Shown one piece after another: positions 49,183 to 59,976 of a stretch of DNA of 64,000 nucleotides; the first letter of the stretch is position 1, and each line of letters starts with the position of its first letter. Below the pieces are notes generated by a model, which had not been told where the DNA came from, ran no database searches, and saw only the letters and a list, made by a program, of their open reading frames with translations. This stretch comes from Cyanobacteriota bacterium (GTDB lineage: Bacteria > Cyanobacteriota > Cyanobacteriia > Cyanobacteriales > Nostocaceae), in assembly GCA_046045965.1 (NCBI GenBank), contig JBJOKS010000004.1, forward strand, positions 64,001 to 128,000, in the 5' to 3' direction. Position numbers and translations under genes: made by a program.

Positions 49183-49896
49183 TTAAGGGTTGACGTTGAT
49201 GCGTCCACGACATAATATTTGGCTAGATTCCAAAGTTAATTCTTGGAGATCAACATCTGAACCAAGGTCTAAATGGAATCCAGAATTATTTTCTAAAATT
49301 GGTTCTTGATTATACAGAATTTTAATCTGTGTTAATTGTAGTTCTTGACCGTTGAGCAGTTCTAAACCCAGAGAAATTTTTAGGAATGCGGTTTCACTGT
49401 CAGTAGCTAAAACCCCATACAGTATTAAATGCTGATTGTCAAGTGTGATTTTCTGCCAAGAAATAGGCTTGGATTTTTCCCATGGTTCTGGTAATAGTTT
49501 AACCAGTACATCATTTAAGCCAGTTGATAATAATTCTGATGAGAGGGATTCATTCAGATGCTGTTCTTCTATGATTAATTCAGCAACCACCGGCACTATT
49601 TCCAATAGTCGCAGGGGCTTACCCTTAAGTACAGATCCAATGTTTATCTGTATATTCTCAGCCGTAAGTTGTATGCGTGTAACATGAATACCTTGATAAA
49701 CTGCATTGGTAGCAAAAATAGATACAGAGGGAATGCAACCGGAAAGAAGTTGGCGATCGCTGGCACCAATTTCGATCTCAATCTGAGATACTTGGGTGAG
49801 TTGTGTTTTTAGCCATAGCTTGATTGCGGTGGTGAGAGCTTTAGTAATTAAGCGTATTTTATTACCATTTGCTGCTGGGGAAGTTTTATCTGTCAT
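49183..49896 (-). CDS. DUF2993 (LmeA-like) family protein
   Basis: AIKLWLKTQL...QLLSGCIPSVSI...AVYQGI pattern typical of this cyanobacterial family. Confidence 0.65.
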   Translation of the reverse strand: MTDKTSPAANGNKIRLITKALTTAIKLWLKTQLTQVSQIEIEIGASDRQLLSGCIPSVSIFATNAVYQGIHVTRIQLTAENIQINIGSVLKGKPLRLLEIVPVVAELIIEEQHLNESLSSELLSTGLNDVLVKLLPEPWEKSKPISWQKITLDNQHLILYGVLATDSETAFLKISLGLELLNGQELQLTQIKILYNQEPILENNSGFHLDLGSDVDLQELTLESSQILCRGRINVNP

Positions 49897-49956
49897 TTAA
49901 CAACTTTATTGTCTATATTTGCTCAAAAATTCCGAAATCTTAAACTGCTCTTAAAT

Positions 49957-49970
49957 GTAATAGTTATTAC
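49957..49970. promoter_or_regulatory. Candidate NtcA box in a divergent promoter region
   Basis: (T)GTA-ATAGTTAT-TAC matches GTA-N8-TAC. Confidence 0.35.
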
Positions 49971-50026
49971 TATTAACTAGAAAATGGGAAGATTCAATTT
50001 TGGGTATGAACTCAAGCACAACTCAA

Positions 50027-50111
50027 TACAGCAGGAGTCAGGAGTAAAACAGGCGAATGTGTATAGGTTTCAATTTCGATTCTGTACCTTATTGATGTGC
50101 AATCTACTGTA
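50027..50111. mobile_element. MITE-like element with TA(C/T)AGCAG terminal inverted repeats
   Basis: TACAGCAG...CTACTGTA; homologous to an inverted copy at 60759-60825. Confidence 0.6.
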
Positions 50112-50151
50112 ATAATAATTCTCAATTGATAAAGGAAGAAGCAATTTATAC

Positions 50152-50916
50152 ATGGAGGCCAGGGTACAAAAAATTATTTCTCAATGGGGTATAGCCTCAC
50201 GTCGTGAAGCGGAAGAAATGATTAAGCAATCACGAGTGCAGATAAATGGGATTTTGGCACATTTAGGTCAAAAAGTCGATCCCCAACGAGACACCATCTC
50301 TATTGATGGTAAACCTGTTTCTCAAGGCGATCGCCCATCTTTAATTTATTTGTTACTGCACAAACCAGTGGGAGTGGTTTCCACCTGTGATGATCCCCAA
50401 GGAAGACTTACTGTTTTGGATCTATTACCCCAAAAATTACAAAAGGGTACTGGTATTCACCCAGTAGGGCGTTTAGATGCAGATTCTACGGGTGCATTAA
50501 TTCTCACAAATGATGGGGACTTGACATTTTCGCTAACTCATCCTAGTCATAATATTTCTAAGACATATCATGTTGTGGTTAAAGGACATCCCCCAGAAGC
50601 AGTTCTGAGGATGTGGCGTGAAGGTGTTGTACTGGAAGGCAGAAAAACACGACCTGCTCAAGTACGCTTGATTGAACGTTTGGCAAACCAAAGCAAATTA
50701 GAAATAATTTTGCAGGAGGGTAGAAATCGCCAGATTCGTCGTGTAGCTGAACAGTTAGGATATCCTGTGATCCAACTTCATCGCACTGCGATTGGTTCAA
50801 TTCAATTACAAACACCAAAAGCTGGACTTCTCGGTGCTGGTGACTATCGTCATCTCACCCCAGAGGAGATTATTTTTTTAAAGAATCAGATAAAGCGGAT
50901 ACCTATTAATGATTAA
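50152..50916 (+). CDS. rRNA pseudouridine synthase (RsuA/RluB family)
   Basis: S4 domain (GIASRREAE), HPVGRLDADSTG, EGRNRQIRR. Confidence 0.95.
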   Translation: MEARVQKIISQWGIASRREAEEMIKQSRVQINGILAHLGQKVDPQRDTISIDGKPVSQGDRPSLIYLLLHKPVGVVSTCDDPQGRLTVLDLLPQKLQKGTGIHPVGRLDADSTGALILTNDGDLTFSLTHPSHNISKTYHVVVKGHPPEAVLRMWREGVVLEGRKTRPAQVRLIERLANQSKLEIILQEGRNRQIRRVAEQLGYPVIQLHRTAIGSIQLQTPKAGLLGAGDYRHLTPEEIIFLKNQIKRIPIND

Positions 50917-50943
50917 GTGGAGTTAAGGAGTTTAATACAAATT

Positions 50944-51741
50944 ATGAAATGGCCAAGAAAAAAAGCTGAAAAGCCGAGCAAACCGTCGATTGAACAACAA
51001 CAAGCAGAAAAATTGACACAATTGGGCGCTAAACTTGCGGACTTGCGTCAACAGCAGGATTTATCACTAGATGAAATTGTGGCAATGACAAGAATTCCTC
51101 GCAGATTGTTAAACGCGATTGAAGTAGGAGATTTAGACGATTTACCAGAACCCATTTATATTCATGGTTTAATCAGGCAATTTGCTGACGCATTGGGGCT
51201 GAAGGGGGCAGAATTTGCCAGTAATTTTCCCGTCGGTTCTCAGCAGGTGAGTTCTCAAAGCAATTGGCAGCCTAAACCTTTTTTTCAACTGCGTCCTCTT
51301 CATCTTTACTTGCTTTACATTTTCGTAATTATCTGCTCCGTCAATGGTTTATCTCAGTTATTAAATCAGACTGCTCTACAGGCAAAAAATAGCCAAAATC
51401 AACCAAAGGTGCAGACAAATTCCGATTTAGCACCTCAGAAACTCCAAGCCAAGGATTTACAGGACATTCCATCTGGTATCAACACTTCAGAAGCTCAAGC
51501 TGTAGAAATTGGTGTCACCTTGAAGTCATCATCTTGGATTCGTGTTGTGGCCGATGGTAAAACTGAGTTTGAAGGGGTGCTTCCAGAAGGTTCTCATCGC
51601 AACTGGAAAGCCTCTGAGGAACTGACAGTGAAAACTGATAATGCTGGGGGTGTGTTGATGAGCGTTAATCAAGAACAACCCAGGGAAATGGGAAAACCAG
51701 GAAAAGTTGAGGAAATCAGGATTGCGGCTAGGAAGTCTTAA
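50944..51741 (+). CDS. rodZ: RodZ-like HTH membrane protein (DUF4115 C-terminus)
   Basis: HTH (LSLDEIVAMTRI...AIEVG...LPEPIY), one TM, C-terminal SWIRVVADGK...NAGGV; start could be 50917. Confidence 0.75.
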   Translation: MKWPRKKAEKPSKPSIEQQQAEKLTQLGAKLADLRQQQDLSLDEIVAMTRIPRRLLNAIEVGDLDDLPEPIYIHGLIRQFADALGLKGAEFASNFPVGSQQVSSQSNWQPKPFFQLRPLHLYLLYIFVIICSVNGLSQLLNQTALQAKNSQNQPKVQTNSDLAPQKLQAKDLQDIPSGINTSEAQAVEIGVTLKSSSWIRVVADGKTEFEGVLPEGSHRNWKASEELTVKTDNAGGVLMSVNQEQPREMGKPGKVEEIRIAARKS

Positions 51742-51974
51742 AACCTGCTAAGTTAGCAGGGGCTGGTTTAACTAAATATAAAATTTATCATTGGGATGCA
51801 GCACACTTTAGATAATATTGCGGTGATCTGCCAATGTGAACTCATGCACATAACTAAAAATAGCTATGTTGCCTTTTCTGTTCCAATGTAAGTTAAACCA
51901 ATCCCTAGCTATCACTATATTTTAAGTACGCAATGGTGATTCCTGCTTTATACTACGCACTCATAAAAAGTTAA

Positions 51975-53483
51975 TCAGGAACTTATTGGAGCGCGTCCGT
52001 AAAGTTTGGTGAGAATTTTTAAGCGATCGCTCAATTCTTTGGTCAACACCTCTCTCTGATAACGCCATTCCCAATTACCTTCAGCTGTACTGGGATAATT
52101 CATTCTGGCTTCTGTTCCCAATCCTAAAACGTCTTGTAAAGGAATAATCGCTTGATTAGCGATGGAGCTCAAAGCTAAACGAATGAAATCCCAGTTTATA
52201 CCATCAGGACTGATAGATCCCAAATATAACAACAAATTTTGCTTTTCGTAATCATTCGCAGTATTAAACCAGCCTAGAGTCGTGTCATTGTCGTGAGTGC
52301 CAGTATAAACTACAGCATTACGTGGGTAATTAAAGGGTAAAAATGGATTACCAGGATCAGAACCAAAAGCAAAATGTAATACCTTCATACCGGGAAACTC
52401 AAACTGATCACGCAGTGCTTCCACTTCTGGGGTAATAATCCCCAAATCTTCTGCCAAGATGGGTAATTTGCCTAACTTTTGTTTAATAACTTCAAAAAAA
52501 GCTACCCCTGGTGCTTCTACCCATTCACCATTGATAGCGGTTTCTTCTCCTTGAGGTACAGCCCAATAAGCCTCAAATCCGCGAAAGTGGTCAATCCGAA
52601 TTATATCTACATAATCCAGCATTGCTTCAAAACGTTGCACCCACCATTTGAAATCTTGTTTTTGCAACTCGTCCCACTTGTAAACTGGGTTGCCCCAAAG
52701 TTGACCTGTGGCGCTAAAATAATCGGGTGGAACTCCTGCCATTAAAGCCGCTGCACCTGTTTCTTCATCTAAAGCAAAAATATCGGGATTTGCCCACACA
52801 TCCGCACTATCATGAGCTACATAAATGGGGATATCACCAATAATATCGATCCCATTTTGGTTAGCATAATTTTTGAGTTCTGACCACTGACGGAAAAACT
52901 CATATTGGATGAACTTGTAATAAAATATCTCCGGTGCCAACTCGTGTTCCATCCGAGCTAATGCTGCTGGTTCGCGTTTTGCCAGTTCTGGTTCCCAAGT
53001 GTTCCAGCTTGCATCATTTCGGGCATCTTTGAGCGCCATAAACAGAGCATAATTATTCAGCCAATAGCCTCTAGTGTTACAAAAAGTGTGAAATGCTTTT
53101 CTTTGTACATCAGTGGCGTGGGTTTTAAATTTTTCGCAAGCTTGTTTGAGCAGATTTACCTTTATGGGGATAACTTGCTCAAAATTCACTTTATCAGCGG
53201 GAAATTCGGGTAAATTCGCAAAATCTTCTGGAACTAATAAACCTTCTTTTACCAGTTTTTCTGGACTAATTAAAAAGTAATTTCCTGCCATTGCTGAGTA
53301 GCACATATACGGAGAATTACCATAACCAGTTGGACCAAGAGGTAAAACTTGCCAATATTGCTGGTAGCTGTCTTTGAGAAAATCAATAAAACGATAAGCT
53401 TCTAAACCTAAATCCCCAATTCCGAAGCGACTGGGGAAAGAACTTGGATGGAGTAAAATTCCGCTTGATCTGGGAAAAGGCAT
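51975..53483 (-). CDS. malQ: 4-alpha-glucanotransferase (amylomaltase, GH77)
   Basis: RSSGILLHPSS, WQVLPLGP, GQLWGNP, RIDHFRGF, AEDLG, YTGTHDNDT. Confidence 0.98.
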   Translation of the reverse strand: MPFPRSSGILLHPSSFPSRFGIGDLGLEAYRFIDFLKDSYQQYWQVLPLGPTGYGNSPYMCYSAMAGNYFLISPEKLVKEGLLVPEDFANLPEFPADKVNFEQVIPIKVNLLKQACEKFKTHATDVQRKAFHTFCNTRGYWLNNYALFMALKDARNDASWNTWEPELAKREPAALARMEHELAPEIFYYKFIQYEFFRQWSELKNYANQNGIDIIGDIPIYVAHDSADVWANPDIFALDEETGAAALMAGVPPDYFSATGQLWGNPVYKWDELQKQDFKWWVQRFEAMLDYVDIIRIDHFRGFEAYWAVPQGEETAINGEWVEAPGVAFFEVIKQKLGKLPILAEDLGIITPEVEALRDQFEFPGMKVLHFAFGSDPGNPFLPFNYPRNAVVYTGTHDNDTTLGWFNTANDYEKQNLLLYLGSISPDGINWDFIRLALSSIANQAIIPLQDVLGLGTEARMNYPSTAEGNWEWRYQREVLTKELSDRLKILTKLYGRAPISS

Positions 53484-53498
53484 AATTAACCTGAAATA

Positions 53499-53610
53499 TA
53501 TAGCAGGAGTCAGAAGTCAGGAGTCAGAAGTCAGGAGTCAGGAGTCAAACTCTTTTTTGGAGGGAGTTTTATTATCAATTGATGTCCTAACTACCTTGGC
53601 GGTTGCTATA
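53499..53610. mobile_element. MITE-like element with TATAGCA terminal inverted repeats carrying a CAGGAGT STRR array
   Basis: TATAGCAG...TTGCTATA with internal (CAG(G/A)AGT)n. Confidence 0.6.
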
Positions 53611-53748
53611 AAAGGTAGCGATCGCCTAAAACAGACGCATCGAATTTATCATGACATAGGTAGGTTTGATAGTTGTTATTCATGAAGAAATAGGAACGAT
53701 GGTAAAGAAATGAGAAGATTAATCACAATAACTGTTAACAACTGAACA

Positions 53749-54180
53749 ATGACTTATAGAAATCCTGCACCTACTGTTGATATTATTATCGAATTAATTG
53801 ATAGACCCCATCGCCCGATTATATTAATTGAGCGACATAATGAACCTTTAGGATGGGCTATTCCTGGTGGTTTTGTAGATTATGGTGAACCGGTGGAAGT
53901 GGCAGCTAAACGGGAAGCTGAGGAAGAAATAGGTTTACAAATAGAGTTAATTGAACAGTTTTTGGTTTATTCTGACCCTAGTCGTGACCCCCGTCAACAT
54001 ACGATTAGCATTGTGTTTTTGGCAACAGCGACGGGTGAACCTGTAGCGGGTGATGATGCTCAGGGTGTGGGTGTTTTTGAGCCTTGGTGTGTACCGAGTA
54101 ATTTATGTTTTGACCATGACCGGATTTTGCGGGATTATTTCCGGTATCGTAATTATGGGATTCGTCCCCGGTTGGGGTAA
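53749..54180 (+). CDS. NUDIX hydrolase
   Basis: [41 protein letters not shown]. Confidence 0.93.
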   Translation: MTYRNPAPTVDIIIELIDRPHRPIILIERHNEPLGWAIPGGFVDYGEPVEVAAKREAEEEIGLQIELIEQFLVYSDPSRDPRQHTISIVFLATATGEPVAGDDAQGVGVFEPWCVPSNLCFDHDRILRDYFRYRNYGIRPRLG

Positions 54181-54298
54181 GAGAAATGAACCACGTTCGC
54201 GGAGCGTCCCGAAGGGATAGAAGCGAAGGACACGAAGGAAGAAAGAGAGGAAGAGAGGATAAAAATGTAGGGGTTTAGCATTGCTAAACCCAAACTGT

Positions 54299-54709
54299 CT
54301 AACTCCCAGATTGTCTCAACAAGTAGTCTAAAACTCTATCAATTCGTTCCAAAGCTGCATTAGTTGAACGTTGGAATTCTTGCAACTGTGATTTTTGCTC
54401 TTCATAGTTCCGGTCAAGTTTTAGCATTAGTGCTTCTAATCTTTCAGTTCGTGCTTTTGTTTCTTCTGTCTCACTACCTGCTTTGTTAAATAGACGTTGG
54501 GTGTGAAATACAAACTCATCAACTCGATTTGATAATTGGTCAACTTTTACCCCTAGCTGGTCAAGTTGTGATTGAGTACGGTCTTGTTTTGCACCCAACT
54601 CATCAATCCGCCGATTTGCTGACTCTGCATAGGTAGCAGCTGAGGTTAACAGTTGACGAATGGTAGCAAATTCACTTTCTACACGGTCAAGCCTTTGTTC
54701 TGTGGTCAT
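54299..54709 (-). CDS. Coiled-coil hypothetical protein
   Basis: Heptad-rich ORF; MTTEQRLDRVE...LERIDRVLDYLL; ATGA overlap with the upstream gene. Confidence 0.75.
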   Translation of the reverse strand: MTTEQRLDRVESEFATIRQLLTSAATYAESANRRIDELGAKQDRTQSQLDQLGVKVDQLSNRVDEFVFHTQRLFNKAGSETEETKARTERLEALMLKLDRNYEEQKSQLQEFQRSTNAALERIDRVLDYLLRQSGS

Positions 54710-54876
54710 GTTAGTTCTTTTTGTTTTTGGCGGTTAGCTAGTGCATCACTGACAAGTATTTTTACCATCTGACTCATAGAGCGTTTTTCGTTTTTCGCTG
54801 CTGTTGATATTTCTGCATAAAGCTTTAAATCATCTTCATCGGTGAAATATATGTTGAGTCTTTTTCCTTGGGTCAT
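54706..54876 (-). CDS. Ribbon-helix-helix-like DNA-binding protein
   Basis: KRLNIYF beta strand, then helices LYAEISTAAKNEKRSMSQMVKILVSDAL; start may be further upstream (to 54936). Confidence 0.7.
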   Translation of the reverse strand: MTQGKRLNIYFTDEDDLKLYAEISTAAKNEKRSMSQMVKILVSDALANRQKQKELT

Positions 54877-55055
54877 AACAGCACTGCTTAATATTTCCAT
54901 GTTTTCATTTTCTCTTGATTTCGCTCCCCTTGTCATACAGTGTTAGCTAGTGCTATTGTAGCACTATTATTGCTCACTAGACAACATCGCTCTCAATACC
55001 TGTAATTTAGCGTTAAGCATTGTTTTATACTTATATGAGTATTTAATGGTGATTT

Positions 55056-56303
55056 ATGGACGCTAAAGAACTTTTAGAGAAATACGCCGCAGGACACCGG
55101 GATTTTAAGGGGCAAAATCTTAGAGGTATAGACCTTACAGGTGCAAATCTGATTGGTGTAGATTTAAGAAATTCAGATTTGACAGGAGCAGATTTGAATG
55201 ATGCTAACTTGAGTAAAGCAAATCTTCAACAAGCAAACCTCACCAGAGCATCTTTAAAAAATGCTAATTTAAGTGAGTTGGTAAATAGTTCTGGTTTAAA
55301 TTTGTCTTGGGTAGATTTGAATAATGCCAATTTTTGCAAAGCAAATCTAGATCATGCAAATTTCAGTAACGCTCAATTGGATCATGCTAACTTGAGAGAT
55401 GCTACACTACAATCGGCAAATTTTACTGAAGCTTCTCTAATAGATACAAACTTAGCCAGAACTAACCTAAATTCCGCTAATTTTACTAACGCTAACTTGA
55501 CTAATTGTGATTTAAGTCAAGCAATAAACCTAAATAATGCAGCACTAAAAAATACCAATTTTCAAGGTTCAAAGATTCGAGGTGTTAATCTACAAAATAA
55601 AGATTTATCATGTCTAAATTTGGCTAATGCTGATTTGGGTGCAGCAAACCTAAATAGTGTAAATTTCCGAAAAGCTTGTTTACAAGAAATAAATTTAGAA
55701 AGAGCAGATTTGCAAAAAACCGATTTAATGAAAGCAAATCTCGATGGTGCAAATTTAAGAAGAGCAGACTTAACCAGCGCAAATATCTATGGTGCAACCT
55801 TTAATAATGCTGACCTCACAGGTGCGATAATGCCAGATGGAGAAGTTTATACAACAGATGTTGATTTAGACTTCGTTAAACCAGATGCACCGTTACCAAA
55901 AGAGATTGTTATGACTCGTGAAGTTATCCGTACCGATAAAGCACCTGCACCCGTTGGACCCTATAATCAAGCTATTGTGGCTTCAGGGAAAATGGTGTTT
56001 GTAGCTGGACAAATTGCTATTGATCCCCGTTTAGGTGATGTGGTTTATACCGATGATGTCACCAAGCAAACGGAACAGGTGATGCGAAATATTGAAGCTA
56101 TCCTCAAAGAAGCCGGCGCTACTTTTAATGATGTGGTTAAAACAGGTGTATTTTTAGCTGATATGAATGATTTTGCTGCTGTTAATGCGGTTTATGCTAA
56201 ATATTTTCCTGAAGATACCGCCCCTGCGCGTGCTTGTGTGCAAGTTTCCCGTTTACCTAAAGATGTGTTGGTAGAGATTGAATGTATTGCTGTGATTAAT
56301 TAG
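55056..56303 (+). CDS. Pentapeptide-repeat protein fused to a RidA/YjgF (Rid family) domain
   Basis: A(D/N)Lxx repeats, then [12 protein letters not shown]...VAGQIA...[23 protein letters not shown]. Confidence 0.9.
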   Translation: MDAKELLEKYAAGHRDFKGQNLRGIDLTGANLIGVDLRNSDLTGADLNDANLSKANLQQANLTRASLKNANLSELVNSSGLNLSWVDLNNANFCKANLDHANFSNAQLDHANLRDATLQSANFTEASLIDTNLARTNLNSANFTNANLTNCDLSQAINLNNAALKNTNFQGSKIRGVNLQNKDLSCLNLANADLGAANLNSVNFRKACLQEINLERADLQKTDLMKANLDGANLRRADLTSANIYGATFNNADLTGAIMPDGEVYTTDVDLDFVKPDAPLPKEIVMTREVIRTDKAPAPVGPYNQAIVASGKMVFVAGQIAIDPRLGDVVYTDDVTKQTEQVMRNIEAILKEAGATFNDVVKTGVFLADMNDFAAVNAVYAKYFPEDTAPARACVQVSRLPKDVLVEIECIAVIN

Positions 56304-56394
56304 CAGATTTTTCTCAAGTATACTATTAGCGGGCAAGATGCCCGCACCACAAGAGTTTTATTTTATAATTTGTTGGGTATTGGCTAATCTAATT

Positions 56395-57177
56395 TTAGTT
56401 TTCTGGTTCAATACCAAGCGATCGCAGTTGTGCAGCTAATTTTTCAGCACGCTGTTTTTCATTTTCAGCACGTTGCTTTTCTTGTTCTATTTCTTGTTGT
56501 TTTTGTGCTACCAACTCAGAACTCCACAATAATAAATTTCCTTGTTCATCCCACCATCTTAACCATTTAGTAGTGAGATTTTCCCTTGTACCTTCCCAAA
56601 TACCAAGATAAAGTTTGATGTCCTCTATCCAGTAACGTTGGTTTGGATCAGGGGTTTGTATTTGGTATTGTTTACTATTTTTATCTAAGCGATAAACTTC
56701 TAATTCTCCCCGATCTGGTTCAAAAATAATATAGTGAGGAACTTTTAATATTTTTTCATAAAAAAACCATTTTCCAGGGGGATAAGTTGGTTTACTAGAA
56801 TATTCTGTACCATCGGTATCAGAAATAAATTCTATGACAATAACCGGAATATCTCCCTGTAGTTGGGGTGTATAACTCCGAAAAACTTCTTGCTTAGTTG
56901 TGCGAATTTCGGGGATATAAGCCCAGTCAGGTGCTTTAACGACAATTTTGCCATTTACAGTTGCACAGATGCCATAATTCGTAGTTATGAGGCAATTGGG
57001 AGCAAGTTTACCAGCCAGTTGGAGGCTTTCGGTTAGGGCTGCGGCTTGGGTAGGTTGGTAGATGTTATCCACTGGATCGTCGGGAAGGATGTAATCATCG
57101 GGTAATTTTTCCCAAGTGATTTGATAGTCTTGGGTGGTGATGATCATGGTGGGTTTTCCTGTTTGCAGGTTTATCAA
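56395..57177 (-). CDS. Uma2 family (DUF820) endonuclease
   Basis: LPDDPVDN, KAPDWAY, VIEFISDT, GKWFFYE, WLRWWD, LRSLGIEP; start may be 57147. Confidence 0.9.
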   Translation of the reverse strand: MINLQTGKPTMIITTQDYQITWEKLPDDYILPDDPVDNIYQPTQAAALTESLQLAGKLAPNCLITTNYGICATVNGKIVVKAPDWAYIPEIRTTKQEVFRSYTPQLQGDIPVIVIEFISDTDGTEYSSKPTYPPGKWFFYEKILKVPHYIIFEPDRGELEVYRLDKNSKQYQIQTPDPNQRYWIEDIKLYLGIWEGTRENLTTKWLRWWDEQGNLLLWSSELVAQKQQEIEQEKQRAENEKQRAEKLAAQLRSLGIEPEN

Positions 57178-57194
57178 TGATTATATCAAGTTGC

Positions 57195-57260
57195 AGATCC
57201 CCGACTTCTGAGATCAATTGATCATTTATGGACACAATAAATAAAAGAAGTCGGGGGTCT
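57195..57260. repeat. Miniature inverted-repeat element (AGATCCCCGACTTCT...AGAAGTCGGGGGTCT); related copy at 45400-45439
   Basis: 15-bp imperfect inverted repeat around an AT-rich core. Confidence 0.65.
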
Positions 57261-57304
57261 TATTGGCTTACCTGAATTATTACATTCTTAATTACCGGAA
57301 ATGT

Positions 57305-57787
57305 CTAATAAGGGCTAATCTCAGGATATAAAATATTAATCCGCTTACGTCTTAGTGCAACTTCCTCTTGTTGTAGCTGCTCTAACTGTTCTACTTTTTC
57401 TTCTGAAACCCCTAAAATAGCAGCCATCTCCCGAACTTTTACTCTTTCCTCTTCATGATAATCTCCGTCAGCAGCACAAGCCCGAATCGCAGTCAGAAGT
57501 ATATCTCTTTGTGCTATTGATACTTGAGGAGAACGAGCAACCACTTCTTGTAAATCCTCATTTGCTTCATATTGTCGTAGTTCTTCAACCACCCAGTCTG
57601 CTACTCCCCAAGATGCCAAAAACCCAATCACCCAATCTTTTTCTTCTTGTGAGAGAACCCCATCCCCTTTAGCACAACATAAAACCGCTTTCATATAAAT
57701 CGCACAATCTTCATCTGTAGGAATTTGGTTAAAACCAAAGAACCAGTTAAAGGTCCAAAATGAACCCAGTTTTCTAATGTCAGACAT
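57305..57787 (-). CDS. TerB-like (tellurite-resistance fold) protein
   Basis: Twin motifs AKGDGVLSQEE and AADGDYHEEE. Confidence 0.75.
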   Translation of the reverse strand: MSDIRKLGSFWTFNWFFGFNQIPTDEDCAIYMKAVLCCAKGDGVLSQEEKDWVIGFLASWGVADWVVEELRQYEANEDLQEVVARSPQVSIAQRDILLTAIRACAADGDYHEEERVKVREMAAILGVSEEKVEQLEQLQQEEVALRRKRINILYPEISPY

Positions 57788-58008
57788 AGTTTTTATATAA
57801 GTATTGTACCAAAAAATAATACCATTAATGATGAGAAAACTGCGGCGATAAATATAAAAATAATGTTAATTTATCAACTAATTAGTGTTCGCCATAATTG
57901 CTCAGGGTAAGAACATCTCAATCATGCTTGACCCCATTTTTCACAAACAAATGTAAACAGCAATAACAAGATAGGGGTTTAGCATTGCTAAACCCCTACA
58001 TATCACGT

Positions 58009-59976
58009 CTACTTACTCGCTTGTTCTGTTAACTTAGTCAACACATCATTAGACCTTTCCACAAAAGATTTCATTCCTTCAGCATCAAAGCCTTTTTGTG
58101 ACATCAACGCCAAATCATAAACGTGCTGACAAATCATTTTTGTTAACTGTTCTGAGGATGATTCTCCATCACCTTGAATAATGCTACCTTGATTGATAGT
58201 TAAAAGGTTTTGAATCAAAGGATGGGCAGTATTTACTAACAAAATATGATCTTCAGGAAATTCGGCGTTTTGCTGCTGCATCATGGCGTTCATATCGCGC
58301 AGACGACGCAAAATTTCCGGTAACAATACCATTGCTGGTGGTGTTCCTTGGGGATTATCTGATTTTAACGCTTCGGTGCGAATATTAACTTTTGGTTTGT
58401 TGAGTGATTTTTCAAATAATTCTTTGATAATTTCACTCTTGGTTTTATTAGTTGCAGGGTCTACAATTTCCCCTGATTTATCATCCAATAATGTGTTATC
58501 TAAATCAGAGTCTACCCGTGTAAATTTAACGTCCTGATATTCTCTTTCTAGGAAGTTAATAAAGTGGGTATCAATGAAGGAGTCCATAAATAGAACTTCT
58601 AAACCTTGGTTTTTGTGCAGTTCTACATAAGTTGCTTGACCGGCTTCATCGGTACAGTAAAAAACTTTATTTTCGTGACGTTCTTTGTTACGTTCTAAAT
58701 ATTCTTTGAGGGTGGTGTAAGGTAAACTGGTGGTTGTACCTGAAGTCACATCTTGCCAAACATCACTATCAGAAGATTGGACTTCTACTGCGGGTGTTTC
58801 TGCGGGTTTTGTTTCTATTGTTGCAGTGCTGCGGAAGATGAGGATGTCTTCGACTTGTTTTTTAAATTTCTCGTCGTTGAGAACACCAAATTTAACAAAT
58901 GTACCCAAATCTTTCCAAGCATTGATGTATTGTTCGCGGTCGTCGCGATATAATTCTTTGAGTCTATCTCCGACTTTTTTAGCGATGTAATCCCCTATTT
59001 TTTTAACAGTGCGATCGCCTTGTAACGCACTACGGGAAACGTTCAAAGGAATATCTGTACTGTCAATTACTCCCCGCATTGGTAGTAAAAATTGGGGAAT
59101 AATTTCATCACAGTTATCACTTACAAAAACTTGATTACAGAATAACTTGGTTTGTCCTTTTGTGACATCTACATCAGGGCGCATTTTCGGGAAATACAAA
59201 ATCCCGTTAATAATAAACGGATAATCTGTATTCAGATGCACCCATAACAAAGGTTCTTCTTGGAAAGGATAGAGATAGCGGTAAAATTCTAGATAATCTT
59301 CTTTAGTTAAACTGCTAGAAGATTCTCTCCAAGCCGCTTTTTGTTGATTCAATACTTCCCCATCTAATTTGATGGGAACTGGCATAAAATCACAATAAGT
59401 TTTAACTAAATTCTTAATTCTCGCAGGTTCTAAATATTCTTCCTCATCGGGCATTAATGTTAATGTAATGGTAGTACCGCGAGAGGTGCGAGAAGATTCA
59501 TCTAATGTAAATTCTGGTGAACCATCACAACTCCAGTGTACTGCTTGAGAACCTTCTTTGTAGGAAAGAGTGTCAATTTCGACTTTTTTCGCCACCATGA
59601 AGGAGGAATAAAAACCTAAACCAAAATGTCCGATAATTGGTTGATCGGCTTTTCCTTCATATTTGTGAATAAATTCTTCCGCACTGGAAAAAGCAACTTG
59701 GTTAATATATTTCTTGACTTCTTCTGCGGTCATCCCAATGCCATTATCGGATATGGAGAGGGTTTTTTTATCTTTATCAATGGCAAGGGTAATTTCTGGT
59801 TCACCAATATCCCCATTATACTCTCCAGCGCGAGACACCATTTTGATTTTTTGAATCGCGTCTACAGCGTTGGATACCAGTTCCCGTAAGAAAATTTGAT
59901 GGTCTGAATAAAGAGATTTTTTGATAATTGGGAAAATATTCTCAGTATGTATACTGATAGTGCCTTGTTCTAACAT
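58009..59976 (-). CDS. htpG: Molecular chaperone HtpG (Hsp90)
   Basis: LYSDHQIFLRELVSNAVDA, DNGIGMT, IGHFGLGFYS, IPLNVSRS. Confidence 0.98.
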   Translation of the reverse strand: MLEQGTISIHTENIFPIIKKSLYSDHQIFLRELVSNAVDAIQKIKMVSRAGEYNGDIGEPEITLAIDKDKKTLSISDNGIGMTAEEVKKYINQVAFSSAEEFIHKYEGKADQPIIGHFGLGFYSSFMVAKKVEIDTLSYKEGSQAVHWSCDGSPEFTLDESSRTSRGTTITLTLMPDEEEYLEPARIKNLVKTYCDFMPVPIKLDGEVLNQQKAAWRESSSSLTKEDYLEFYRYLYPFQEEPLLWVHLNTDYPFIINGILYFPKMRPDVDVTKGQTKLFCNQVFVSDNCDEIIPQFLLPMRGVIDSTDIPLNVSRSALQGDRTVKKIGDYIAKKVGDRLKELYRDDREQYINAWKDLGTFVKFGVLNDEKFKKQVEDILIFRSTATIETKPAETPAVEVQSSDSDVWQDVTSGTTTSLPYTTLKEYLERNKERHENKVFYCTDEAGQATYVELHKNQGLEVLFMDSFIDTHFINFLEREYQDVKFTRVDSDLDNTLLDDKSGEIVDPATNKTKSEIIKELFEKSLNKPKVNIRTEALKSDNPQGTPPAMVLLPEILRRLRDMNAMMQQQNAEFPEDHILLVNTAHPLIQNLLTINQGSIIQGDGESSSEQLTKMICQHVYDLALMSQKGFDAEGMKSFVERSNDVLTKLTEQASK

